Below, piece by piece: positions 42,403-51,866 of a DNA stretch of 64,000 nucleotides. This DNA is from an uncultured Acidimicrobiia bacterium. Lineage in GTDB: Bacteria; Actinomycetota; Acidimicrobiia; IMCC26256; PALSA-555. Each line of letters starts with the position of its first letter. Position 1 is the first letter of the stretch. The stretch lies in NCBI GenBank assembly GCA_963731815.1, contig CAVSWW010000011.1, forward strand, positions 475,320 to 539,319, given 5' to 3'. The notes beneath the pieces were generated by a model. It was not told where the DNA came from and made no database searches. It saw only the letters and a list, made by a program, of their open reading frames with translations. Position numbers and translations under genes: made by a program.

Positions 42403-42959
42403 CTAGAGCACGCGCTCGTACACCGACAGCACTCGGTCTCCGTCGCGGCGCTCGACGCCGTCCATGCGCGTGAAGCCGAGTCGGTCCGCGACGCCGATCG
42501 ACGCGTGGTTGTCGGGCTCGATCTCCATCTCCAGGCGTTCCACACGCCGAGGACGTCGCGAGCCCACTCCACGAGCAGCGCCGAGGCGCGCGTCGCGTAG
42601 CCGCGACCCCGCGCCTCGGCGGCGAGCCAGTAGCCGAGCTGCGGCGTACCGGTCGGCAGGTCGTCGATGTCACAGCCGCCGACGACCGCGCCGTCGGCTT
42701 CGATCGCCAGGGAGAGCTGCACACCGTCGCGCCACGCCCCCGTCACGCCGCGGACGTAGCCGGTCGTCGACGCGTGCGTCACCGGAGGCGGCACCGCGAA
42801 CCGGCGTTGCAGCTCCTCGTCCTGCCAGATCGCGGTGAGCGTCGGCACGTCGTCGAGTACCCACGGCCGCAACGTCACGACGTCGTCGGCGAGCTCGAGG
42901 TGGTCGGGGAGCGCGACCCCGGTCACAGGTGCCGTTGCATGAGCACGACGTCGAGCCAC
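42403..42959 (-). pseudogene. GNAT-family N-acetyltransferase (RimJ/RimL-like), frameshifted near nt 42540
   Basis: ORF 42201..42959 is sensible to ..QLGYWLAAEARGRGYATRASALLVEWARDVLGV. The remainder, (E)RLEMEIEPDNHASIGVADRLGFTRMDGVERRDGDRVLSVYERVL-stop, is in the -1 frame and ends at 42403. The start codon is uncertain; GTG near 42927 is possible. Confidence 0.65.
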
Positions 42960-43420
42960 TGCTTGAACTTCCGGCCGACCTCACGCTCCACGCCGACGGT
43001 CTCGAACCCGCACGCCTCGTGGAGGGCGATGCTCGGCCTCGTGCCCGCCGACGATGCGGGCGAGCACGGTGTGGAATCCGTGGTCGGCGCCGAGCCGCAC
43101 GAGCTCCTCAAGCAGCAGCTTCCCGATGCCCCGGCCGCGGTGGTCGCGGTGGACGTACACGGAGTCCTCGACGCTGCCCGAGTAGGCGGGGCGGTCCCGC
43201 CACACCGAGAGCGACCCGAACCCGACGACCGCGCCGCTCGTCGACTGCGACGATCGCCGGGTGGCCGCCGGAGTGCTCGTCGATCCAGGACCACCTGCTC
43301 GTCGATCGTGCGGGGGACCATGTCGAACGTCACCGTCGACTCGAGGACCTCGACGTTGTAGATCGAGCGGATCGCCTCGGCGTCGCGTCGCTCGACTAGC
43401 CGCACGGTTAGGTCGCCCAT
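42923..43420 (-). pseudogene. GNAT-family N-acetyltransferase (phosphinothricin/methionine-sulfoximine acetyltransferase-like), three frameshifts
   Basis: The ends of ORF 42923..43420 are sensible (MGDLTVRLVERRDAEAIRSIYNVEVLESTVTFD.. and ..SIALHEACGFETVGVEREVGRKFKQWLDVVLMQRHL). The middle reads WIDEHSGGHPAIVAVDE / GAVVGFGSLSVWRDRPAYSGSVEDSVYVHRDHRGRGIGKLLLEEL in the other two frames (ORF 42981..43205). Confidence 0.7.
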
Positions 43421-43610
43421 CGGGCGCCGATGCTACGGGTCACCCCCGTCCGGGCGGACTTCTTTCCTCTCAGGGGCTTTCCCCTGCTGAGCACCGGGCT
43501 CAGAGACGAGAATTCTCCTCCCCAGCCGGTCCGCAGGTGGTGGATCTGCTACAAAGTCCTGGATGTGGCTGAGGTGGAGACCGATCGACCCCCGAAGGCG
43601 GAGTGAAGTG

Positions 43611-44416
43611 ATGGATCGGTCGATACGTCGGAAGTCGGTTGGGGGCGCGCTCGCGCTCGCCCTCGTGCTGGGGCTGGGATCAGCCGCGTGGCTCACGGCC
43701 TCGGCCGGCGCGCAAGGTGGCGGCAACGCGGCAGTGTGAAGATCCACGACGTCAGCCACCCGATCGATGACGACGCCGACAACCCGAAGCCGTGCGACCC
43801 GGTGCTCGTGTCGTTCAACTTCGAGGTGGGCCAGCAGTACACGTACCAGTTCGTCGACGCAGGGCGGCCAGGGGGGCGGCGTCGTCGTCATTCCTCCGAC
43901 CACGGTCACCGTGAACACCGACCCGCAGCAAGAGCCGCCGGCGGGCGACTTCGCGCCTCCCTTGCTCGAGGACCAGCTATACAAGCTCCAGTGGGACTTC
44001 GGCACCTCCATCTCAACCGGCTCCAAGCAGAAGGTCTTCAGGGTCACGTGCGGGGAGCCGCCACCACCCGGAGAGATCGGATCGTTCGAGGTGACGAAGA
44101 CGGTCTCCGGCCCGAACGCACCCGCCGACTTCACGTTCGACGTGAACATCACCTGCTCGGACGGGTTCGTGACCGACGTGGTGCTGACCGACGAGGACCC
44201 GACGGCCACGATCGACAACCTCGATGCCGGCACCACGTGCACGGTCACCGAGGCCGACAGCCAGGGGGCCACGGTCACGTACTCGCCGTCCCAGACGAGC
44301 GACCCGGTGCCCGGGGCCGGCACGGCGACGGTGACGATCGACAACAACTTCGCCGAGGTCCTGTCGTCCCGACGCCGCCCGCGGTCATCGTCGGGACCCC
44401 TTCCTTCACCGGCTGA
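43611..44416 (+). pseudogene. Secreted protein with SpaA/prealbumin-like (DUF5979-like) domain, about three frameshifts
   Basis: ATG-43611 starts a signal peptide (RRKSVGGALALALVLGLGSAAWLTASAGA). The body is split between the frames of ORFs 43688..44416 and 43767..44558. Domain string: FEVTKTVSGPNAPADFTFDVNITCSDG..GTTCTVTEADSQGATVTYSP..TVTIDNNF. It ends ..PPAVIVGTPSFTG-stop. Confidence 0.55.
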
Positions 44417-44492
44417 CCGGACCCATCGTCCAGCTCCACGGGGAAACACGGCAGGAGCGCGCGCGCCGCGCCTTGCTAGCCTTACGGGCTGC

Positions 44493-44565
44493 GCCCCCTT
44501 AGCTCAGTCGGCAGAGCGCTTCCATGGTAAGGAAGAGGTCTACGGTTCGAGTCCGTAAGGGGGCT
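44493..44565 (+). tRNA. tRNA-Thr (GGT)
   Basis: Acceptor GCCCCCT/AGGGGGC, D arm GCTC-AGTCGGCA-GAGC, anticodon arm CTTCC-ATGGTAA-GGAAG, T arm TACGG-TTCGAGT-CCGTA. No CCA is encoded. Confidence 0.85.
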
Positions 44566-44566
44566 C

Positions 44567-44642
44567 GGCGGTGTAGCTCAGTTGGCAGAGCACGCGGCTC
44601 ATAATCGCGGCGTCGCGGGTTCGAGTCCCGCCACCGCTACCA
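44567..44642 (+). tRNA. tRNA-Met (CAT), elongator type, CCA encoded
   Basis: It starts 1 nt after tRNA-Thr. Anticodon arm CGCGG-CTCATAA-TCGCG, T arm GCGGG-TTCGAGT-CCCGC, acceptor GGCGGTG/CACCGCT, which gives a G1-U72 pair. Confidence 0.8.
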
Positions 44643-44777
44643 AACCGAAGGAACCGAGGGCCTCCCTGGCTCTCGGCTGCACGCGTACGAGGAGAAGCGC
44701 CCCCGAAGGGGCGCCGGCGGGTACCCCGCCGGCGAGCGGATCCGACCCAGAGAGACGAGACCAGGAGCGTCGTCGCC

Positions 44778-45965
<1,188 letters not shown>

Positions 45966-45977
45966 TCAGTAGGAGAG

Positions 45978-46139
45978 ATGGCTTCCGACAAGCGGGTCAA
46001 GGTCACCCTCGCGTGCGAGGAGTGCAAGCGGCGCAACTACATCACGATGAAGAACAAGACGAACGATCGTGATCGCATCGAGATGAAGAAGTACTGCCGC
46101 TGGGACAAGCGCCATACGCTCCACAAAGAGACGCGCTGA
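45978..46139 (+). CDS. rpmG: 50S ribosomal protein L33
   Basis: Hand translation gives [53 protein letters not shown], preceded by AGGAGAG. At 53 aa it is below the ORF-track length cutoff. Confidence 0.9.
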   Translation: MASDKRVKVTLACEECKRRNYITMKNKTNDRDRIEMKKYCRWDKRHTLHKETR

Positions 46140-46159
46140 TTCGTCGCTGACGGCACACG

Positions 46160-49059
46160 GTGCCTGAGGGGGGCGGGGTGGCACTGCCGACGGGAACGGT
46201 CACGTTCCTGTTCACGGATCTCGAGGGCTCCACCCGTCTCTGGGAGGAGCACCCGGACGCGATGCGCGCGGCGCTCGCGCGCCACGACGAGATCCTGCGA
46301 GCTGCCGTCGAGAAGCGCGACGGGCACGTCGTGAAGACCACGGGTGACGGTCTCCACGCCGCGTTCGCGATCGCACCCGACGCGGTCGCCGCGGCGCTCG
46401 ACGCTCAGCTGCAGCTGCTGGCCGAGCCGTGGCCGCTCCCCGAGCCGCTGCGCGTGCGCATGGGCCTCCACACCGGCGTCGCCGAGGTGCGCGACGGTGA
46501 CTACTACGGGCCGGCGGTCAACCGCGCGGCACGCGTCGCCGCGGCGGCGCACGGCGGACAGGTCGTCGCGTCGGCCGCGACCGCCGATCTCGTGCGAGAC
46601 GACGTCGGTGCCGAGATCACGCTGATCGACCTCGGCGAGCACCGACTGCGCGACCTCGGCCGCCCCGAGCGCATCGTGGAAATCGCCCATCCGGACCTGC
46701 CGTCCGACTTCCCGCCGCTGCGCTCGCTCGACGCCTACCCGGGCAACCTCCCGGTGCAGCGCAGCACCTTCGTCGGGCGCGCCGACGATCTCGCCGAGGT
46801 GCGGGCCGCGATCGACACGGCACCGGTCGTGACGCTCACGGGCGTCGGTGGTGTCGGGAAGACGCGACTCGCGCTCCAGGTCGCCGCCGAGGCGGTGGGG
46901 CGGTTCCCGGACGGAGCCTGGTTCGTGGACCTCGGACCCGTCACCGACGCCGGGTTCGTCGCGCCGACGTTCAGCGCCTCGCTCGCGCTGCCCGAACGCC
47001 GGCAGGGGACCATCGAGGAGTCGATCGTGGCGGCGCTGCGCGACCGGAACCTCCTCGTCGTGCTCGACAACTGCGAGCACGTCATCGAGACCGTCGCGGA
47101 CCTCGTCGACACGGTCGGCGGCTCGTGCCCCGGCGTTCGCGTGCTCGCCACCAGCCGCGAGGCACTCGACGTGGACGGCGAGGACACGTACGAGGTCCGA
47201 CCGCTCGCGTCACCGGATGTGAGCGGCGCGACCGGTCCCGACGCGATGGACAACGACGCCGTCCGGCTGTTCGCCGACCGGGCTCGATCCGCGAAGCGGG
47301 GGTTCGTCCTCTCCGAGGAGAACCAGGCCACGATCGCCGAGATCTGCCGGCGCCTCGACGGCATCCCCCTCGCGCTCGAGCTCGCCGCCGCACGGCTCAA
47401 GGTGATGTCGCCGGCCGAGGTGCTCGCCCGGCTCGACGAGCGGCTCCCGCTCCTCACCGGTGGCCGACGATCTGCCCTCGAACGGCACCAGACGTTGCGC
47501 GGCGCGATCGACTGGTCGTACGCCCTGCTCGAACCGGGTGAGCAGCTCCTGTTCGCGCGGCTGTCCGTGTTCGCGGGCGGATTCACGCTCCCTGCGGTCG
47601 AGCAGGTGTGCGTCGACGACGAGACGGTGACCGCGTCCGCCGCGCTGACGCTCCTCGCCGGACTCGTGGCGAAGTCGATGGTCGTCGCCCACGACACCGA
47701 CGGGGGGAGCCGCTACCGCCTGCTCGAGACGATGCGCGAGTACCGCGCGAGCGCCTGGCCGAGCTCGACGACGCCGAGCGCGTCCATGCGTTGCATGCGG
47801 CGTACGTCGTCGAGACGGTCGAGGTAGCCATCCAGATGCTGAAGGGCTCCGACGACCAGATCGCGGCTGCCCGGCTCGACGTCGAGCAGGAGAACCTCCG
47901 CGCCGCGCTCGTGCTGGTCGCAGGCGCACGACCTCGAGACGTTCCTGCGGCTCGTGCACGCAGGTCGCGCTCTATTGGCAGATCTTGAACAACTTCCGCG
48001 AGATGAGCACGTGGACGCAGGCCGCGCTCGAGCACGCGGCCGCCCTGCAGCCGGATGCGCGTGCGGAGCTGCTCGCCTTCGCCGCCTCCGCCGCGAACTA
48101 CGCGAACCGCTTCGACGACGCGTTCCGCCTCTACGAGCAGAGCATCGAGTGCAGCCGGAGCGCCGGACTCGTGCCGGTGCCGTTCGCGCTGTCGAGCCTG
48201 GGGATCGCCGCGCTCGAGGCCAACGACCCCGAGGAGGCGGTGGCGCAGTGCGAAGCCGGCGTCGATGCCGCGCGAGCGATCGGCGACGTGTACTGGGAGC
48301 TGTTCACGATGGGCAACCTCGCCTTCGCGTACGGGCTCAGCGGACACCGAGCGCGCGGCGTCACGACGGCGGAAGAGATGGTGACGGGCGCACGCGAGGC
48401 TCGGGAACCAGTGGCTCACGGGCACGGGGCTGCTCGCGGCCGGCATCAACCGCGTGCTCGACGAGCCCGAGCAGGCGATCACGCTGTTGGAGGAGTCGTC
48501 GCTGCTGCTGCAGAGCAAGGGCAACGGCGCGCAGACCTACTTCTTCCGCGGGATCGCGCTGCTCCGCCTGGGCCGTCCGAGCGAAGGCGTGGCGATGCTG
48601 CGAGCGTCCTTGCCGCTCATGCAGGAGACCGGGAGCGACTTCTTCACCGGCACCGTCGTCGGCACGTGCGCGTCAGTGCTCGCCCGGCCGGCGCCGGCAG
48701 CCGCGGCGGAGCTGCTCGGTGCGCTCGAACGGCTGCGAGCCGAGTCCGGTGTGAGCGGCGCGCCGAACGACGTCGAAGTCCAGGAGCGCACGCGCGCACG
48801 CCTGGAGCGCTCGATGGACGCCGCCGAGCTCGCGGCGGCGTGGGCACGCGGTGCCGAGCTGAGCATGGACGAGGCCGCCGAACTCGCCTACGCCGAGCTC
48901 GGGAAGCTGGCCCAGCACAGGATGCGTAGCAGCCCGCGTAGAGAGGGTTCAGCTACGCATGTCAGGTCAGGCGAGATGCTTGGTGACGGCGGTCGCGGGG
49001 TCGTCGCCGCCGGCCATGCTCTCCTCCACGTCGTCGAGCCAGGCATGGAACTGCGCTGA
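46160..49059 (+). pseudogene. Class III cyclase + STAND/NB-ARC-type P-loop NTPase + TPR multidomain regulator, at least three frameshifts (near 47745, 47950, 48410)
   Basis: Cyclase: VTFLFTDLEGSTRLWE, KTTGDGLHAAF, RMGLHTGV. NTPase: VVTLTGVGGVGKTRLAL, LLVVLDNCEH, GIPLALELAA. The TPR-like tail continues through the frames of ORFs 47608..47988, 47985..48929 and 48454..49059. The 3' end is uncertain, and the last frame overlaps the convergent LLM gene by about 90 nt. Confidence 0.7.
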
Positions 49060-50337
49060 CTCGGCACGGTCGGCCTCGGCGCGCGGGATGGCCGGCACTT
49101 CGAAGTCGGGCACGAGCGGCGGGTGGTCGCTCGCCGGCTTCCGCGCCAGCACCTGCTCGATGACCGGCGCGAGCCGCTCCTCCTTCTTGCGTCGCTGCTC
49201 CTCGTCTCGCTCGGCGAACTCGGGGAGGATCTCCTTCCCGAACAGCTCCAGGCTCTCCATCACGTGCTCGTGGCGGTTCCTCCCTGCCGCACTCGACAGG
49301 ATGACGGTGTCGACACCGACCTCCTCGTAGCGCCGCAGGTACTCGCGCACCTGCTCGGGCGTCCCCATCGCGCCGCGGAGCCCGGCCACGCTGTCGGTGA
49401 TCGTCTTGGCGCCCAGGCGGTCACCGGCCGCGGCCGCAGCTGCGACGGCGTCGGGGTCGAAGCCGTGCTCACGTCGGCGCTGCACGTACTCGGCCCACAC
49501 GTCGGTCTCCGCCGGACGGTGCCGCCCGAAGATGTAGTAGTGCCCGAGGGAGTAGCCGAAGAAGTTGACGCCTTCGGCCGCGCGCAGCACCGCCTGCTCT
49601 TCGTCGGGGTGGCAGAGGAACGGCGTGACGCAGGCCATCTGCGCGTTGACCGCGTCGCCGATGGGCACGCCCTCGCGCTCGAGCGTCTCGTAGTAGTCGT
49701 TCACCCAGAAGCGGGCCTCTTCGGGGTCGAAGAAGGCGAACCCGAGCGCCCCGATGCCGTGCTGCGCTGCCAGGTGGATGGTTTCGCGGCGGCTGCACGC
49801 GACCCAGACCGGTGGGTGCGGCTGCTGGACGGGCTTGGGCACGACGTTGCGCGGTGGCATCGAGACGTGCTCCCCGACGTGCCCCGTGAACGGCGACTCG
49901 GTGAGGCAGCGGAGCGCGACGCGCAGCCCCTCCTCCCACATCGGTCGCTTGGCCTCGGGGTCGATGCCGAACCCGCCGAGCTCCATCTCCGACGACGACT
50001 CGCCCGAGCCGAAGTCGACGCGGCCACCGGACAGGAGGTCGAGGGTCGCGATCCGCTCGGCGACCCGTGCCGGATGGTTGAACGCGGGCGGGGTCTGGAC
50101 GATCCCGTGGCCGAGCCGGATCCGCTTCGTGCGCTGCGAGAGCGCTCCGAGGAAGACCTCGGGGGCGCTCGAATGGCTGTACTCCTCGAGGAAATGGTGC
50201 TCGACGAGCCAGAAGCTGTCGATCCCGATGGCGTCGGCGAGCTCGCCCTGCTCCAGCGCCTCCTCGAACACCCGCTGCTCGTCGCCCTCTGCCCACGGCC
50301 GGGGCACCTGGTGCTCGTGGAAGATCCCGAATCGCAC
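48967..50337 (-). CDS. LLM-class (luciferase-like) flavin-dependent oxidoreductase
   Basis: MRFGIFHEHQVPRPW..DSFWLVEHHFLEEYSHSSAPEVFLGALS..LGHGIV..ATLDLLSGGRVDFGSGE. Intact 456 aa. Confidence 0.85.
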   Translation of the reverse strand: MRFGIFHEHQVPRPWAEGDEQRVFEEALEQGELADAIGIDSFWLVEHHFLEEYSHSSAPEVFLGALSQRTKRIRLGHGIVQTPPAFNHPARVAERIATLDLLSGGRVDFGSGESSSEMELGGFGIDPEAKRPMWEEGLRVALRCLTESPFTGHVGEHVSMPPRNVVPKPVQQPHPPVWVACSRRETIHLAAQHGIGALGFAFFDPEEARFWVNDYYETLEREGVPIGDAVNAQMACVTPFLCHPDEEQAVLRAAEGVNFFGYSLGHYYIFGRHRPAETDVWAEYVQRRREHGFDPDAVAAAAAAGDRLGAKTITDSVAGLRGAMGTPEQVREYLRRYEEVGVDTVILSSAAGRNRHEHVMESLELFGKEILPEFAERDEEQRRKKEERLAPVIEQVLARKPASDHPPLVPDFEVPAIPRAEADRAESAQFHAWLDDVEESMAGGDDPATAVTKHLA

Positions 50338-50407
50338 GCCGGAAGTCTGACAGGGCGGCCTGCATGTGCGTACTGCCGGGTAACCCCGTACCGTCCGCAG
50401 GAGTCAT

Positions 50408-51013
50408 ATGCCTACGAACGAACCAACCACCCGGGATCCCGACGGGCTCGACGAGCTCGTGGACGAGGCCCGGCGGGGAGACCGGACGGCGTTCGACGAG
50501 CTGGTGCGCCGCACCTACGTCGACACGTACACGCTGGCCGTCCGCCTCACCGGCAACGAGGAGGACGCACGAGACGTGGTGCAGGAGGCATACCTCCGAG
50601 CCTGGAAGAGCATCCGGCGCTTCCGCGGTGACGCCGCGTTCCCGACGTGGATGTACCGCATCACGGCCAATGCCTCGTACACGCTGGTCGAGCGTCGCCG
50701 GCGGCGCCGCACGACCCACCTCGACGACGTCGACGACCCCATCGACCGGCGCCTCGACGCCCAGCCCGACACGCTCGCCGAGTCGAGCGCCGGCCTCGAG
50801 CACCTCTCGGCCGCGCTCGACGAGCTGCCGCCGACGTTGCGCACGCTCGTGATCCTGAAGGACGTCTACGGGCTGTCGCACGAGGCGATCGCCGACGAGC
50901 TCGGCATCTCGGTCGCGGCGGCGAAGGTCCGCCTCCACCGGGGCCGGAAGCGGCTCCGCGAGGTGCTCGACGAGTCCGAGGGTCATCGGGGGAGGTCGGC
51001 CCGTGCGGTGTGA
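50408..51013 (+). CDS. ECF-type RNA polymerase sigma-70 factor
   Basis: Region 2: FDELVRRTYVDTYTLAVRLTGNEEDARDVVQEAYLRAWKSIRRFRG..FPTWMYRITAN. Region 4: LRTLVILKDVYGLSHEAIADELGISVAAAKVRLHRGRKRL. Confidence 0.9.
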   Translation: MPTNEPTTRDPDGLDELVDEARRGDRTAFDELVRRTYVDTYTLAVRLTGNEEDARDVVQEAYLRAWKSIRRFRGDAAFPTWMYRITANASYTLVERRRRRRTTHLDDVDDPIDRRLDAQPDTLAESSAGLEHLSAALDELPPTLRTLVILKDVYGLSHEAIADELGISVAAAKVRLHRGRKRLREVLDESEGHRGRSARAV

Positions 51014-51374
51014 CGACGTCGCGCTCCTGCTGCCCGAAGCGGTCGACGGCGACACGCCCGTCGCGCTGCCGGTGCAGCGCCACGTCGAGTCGTGCCTGCG
51101 CTGCCAGGCCGAGGTCGCGCGCTACCGGCGCATGCTGCGGGGCCTCCAGCTCCTGCGCACCCAGTACCTCGAGCCGACACCGGGTGTGCTGAGCCAGACG
51201 CTGAACGCACTCGGCGAGGCGTCCGAGCAGCGGGCGATCCGGTCGCTGCTGTCCGGCCGGCGGCTGGCGTACGCCGCGGGGGTCGGTGGCGCGCTCGCTG
51301 CCGCGACCGCGACGACGGCCGCGGCCCTGCTGCTCGCCCGGGCGAAGCGTCGGGCCGGGATCGCCGCCGGCTGA
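51003..51374 (+). CDS. Anti-sigma factor (zf-HC2), single C-terminal TM helix
   Basis: It overlaps the sigma gene stop by 11 nt. Zinc motif HVESCLRCQ (H-x3-C-x2-C); TM segment AGVGGALAAATATTAAALLLA. Confidence 0.7.
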   Translation: MRCDDVALLLPEAVDGDTPVALPVQRHVESCLRCQAEVARYRRMLRGLQLLRTQYLEPTPGVLSQTLNALGEASEQRAIRSLLSGRRLAYAAGVGGALAAATATTAAALLLARAKRRAGIAAG

Positions 51375-51478
51375 CCCGACCCCGTCGCATGTCGACGGGA
51401 ACGGTTCCGAAGGCCGCTGCTATCCTCGAATCCCTGGCCCCGTGCCGCCGGCACGAAAACAGACCGGGGTCAGGCCAG

Positions 51479-51551
51479 AGGGCAGTAGCTCAACTGGTAG
51501 AGCACCGGTCTCCAAAACCGGCGGTTGGGGGTTCGAGTCCCTCCTGCCCTG
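51479..51551 (+). tRNA. tRNA-Trp (CCA)
   Basis: Acceptor AGGGCAG/CTGCCCT, D arm GCTC-AACTGGTA-GAGC, anticodon arm CCGGT-CTCCAAA-ACCGG, T arm GGGGG-TTCGAGT-CCCTC. No 3' CCA is encoded. Confidence 0.85.
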
Positions 51552-51574
51552 CTCCCGACCTTTTCGAGGGCTGC

Positions 51575-51865
51575 GTGACGAACCGACAGACGAAGCGAAT
51601 GATGGCGCGCCAGGGCGGCGACAAGCCGGCCGCGCGCGAGCGTCGTTCGCGCCCGCAGCCCGGCGCCGACGTCAAGAAAGAGAAGACCGGGCCGCGCCAG
51701 TACCTCGCCGAGGTCAAGGGCGAGCTCAAGAAGGTCGCGTGGCCGACGCGACGTGAGGTCTTCAACTCGACGGTCGTCGTGCTGATCGCCGTCGTGTTCA
51801 TGACCTCCCTCATCTTCCTGTTCGACCTCGCGTCGGCGGAACTCGTCCTCAACCTCTTCGACTGA
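51575..51865 (+). CDS. secE: Preprotein translocase subunit SecE
   Basis: GTG-51575 is in the frame of ORF 51092..51865; ATG 51599 is an alternative start. YLAEVKGELKKVAWPTRREVFNSTVVVLIAVVFMTSLIFLFD. Confidence 0.85.
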   Translation: MTNRQTKRMMARQGGDKPAARERRSRPQPGADVKKEKTGPRQYLAEVKGELKKVAWPTRREVFNSTVVVLIAVVFMTSLIFLFDLASAELVLNLFD

Positions 51866-51866
51866 C

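Noticed and set aside
44402-44416. C-terminal PSFTG of the secreted protein as a functional sortase sorting signal
   Set aside because: No hydrophobic helix or basic tail follows in any frame before tRNA-Thr. It is kept only as a low-interest note because the gene is frame-damaged.
44567-44642. tRNA-Met (CAT) as the initiator tRNA
   Set aside because: The anticodon stem lacks the three consecutive G-C pairs, and position 1:72 is G-U, not the C-A mismatch of bacterial initiators.
50338-50407. ECF-type autoregulated promoter (GGAAC..CGT-like) upstream of the sigma factor gene
   Set aside because: Only a loose GGTAAC is present, with no properly spaced -10 element before the ATG. That is not enough to support a call.
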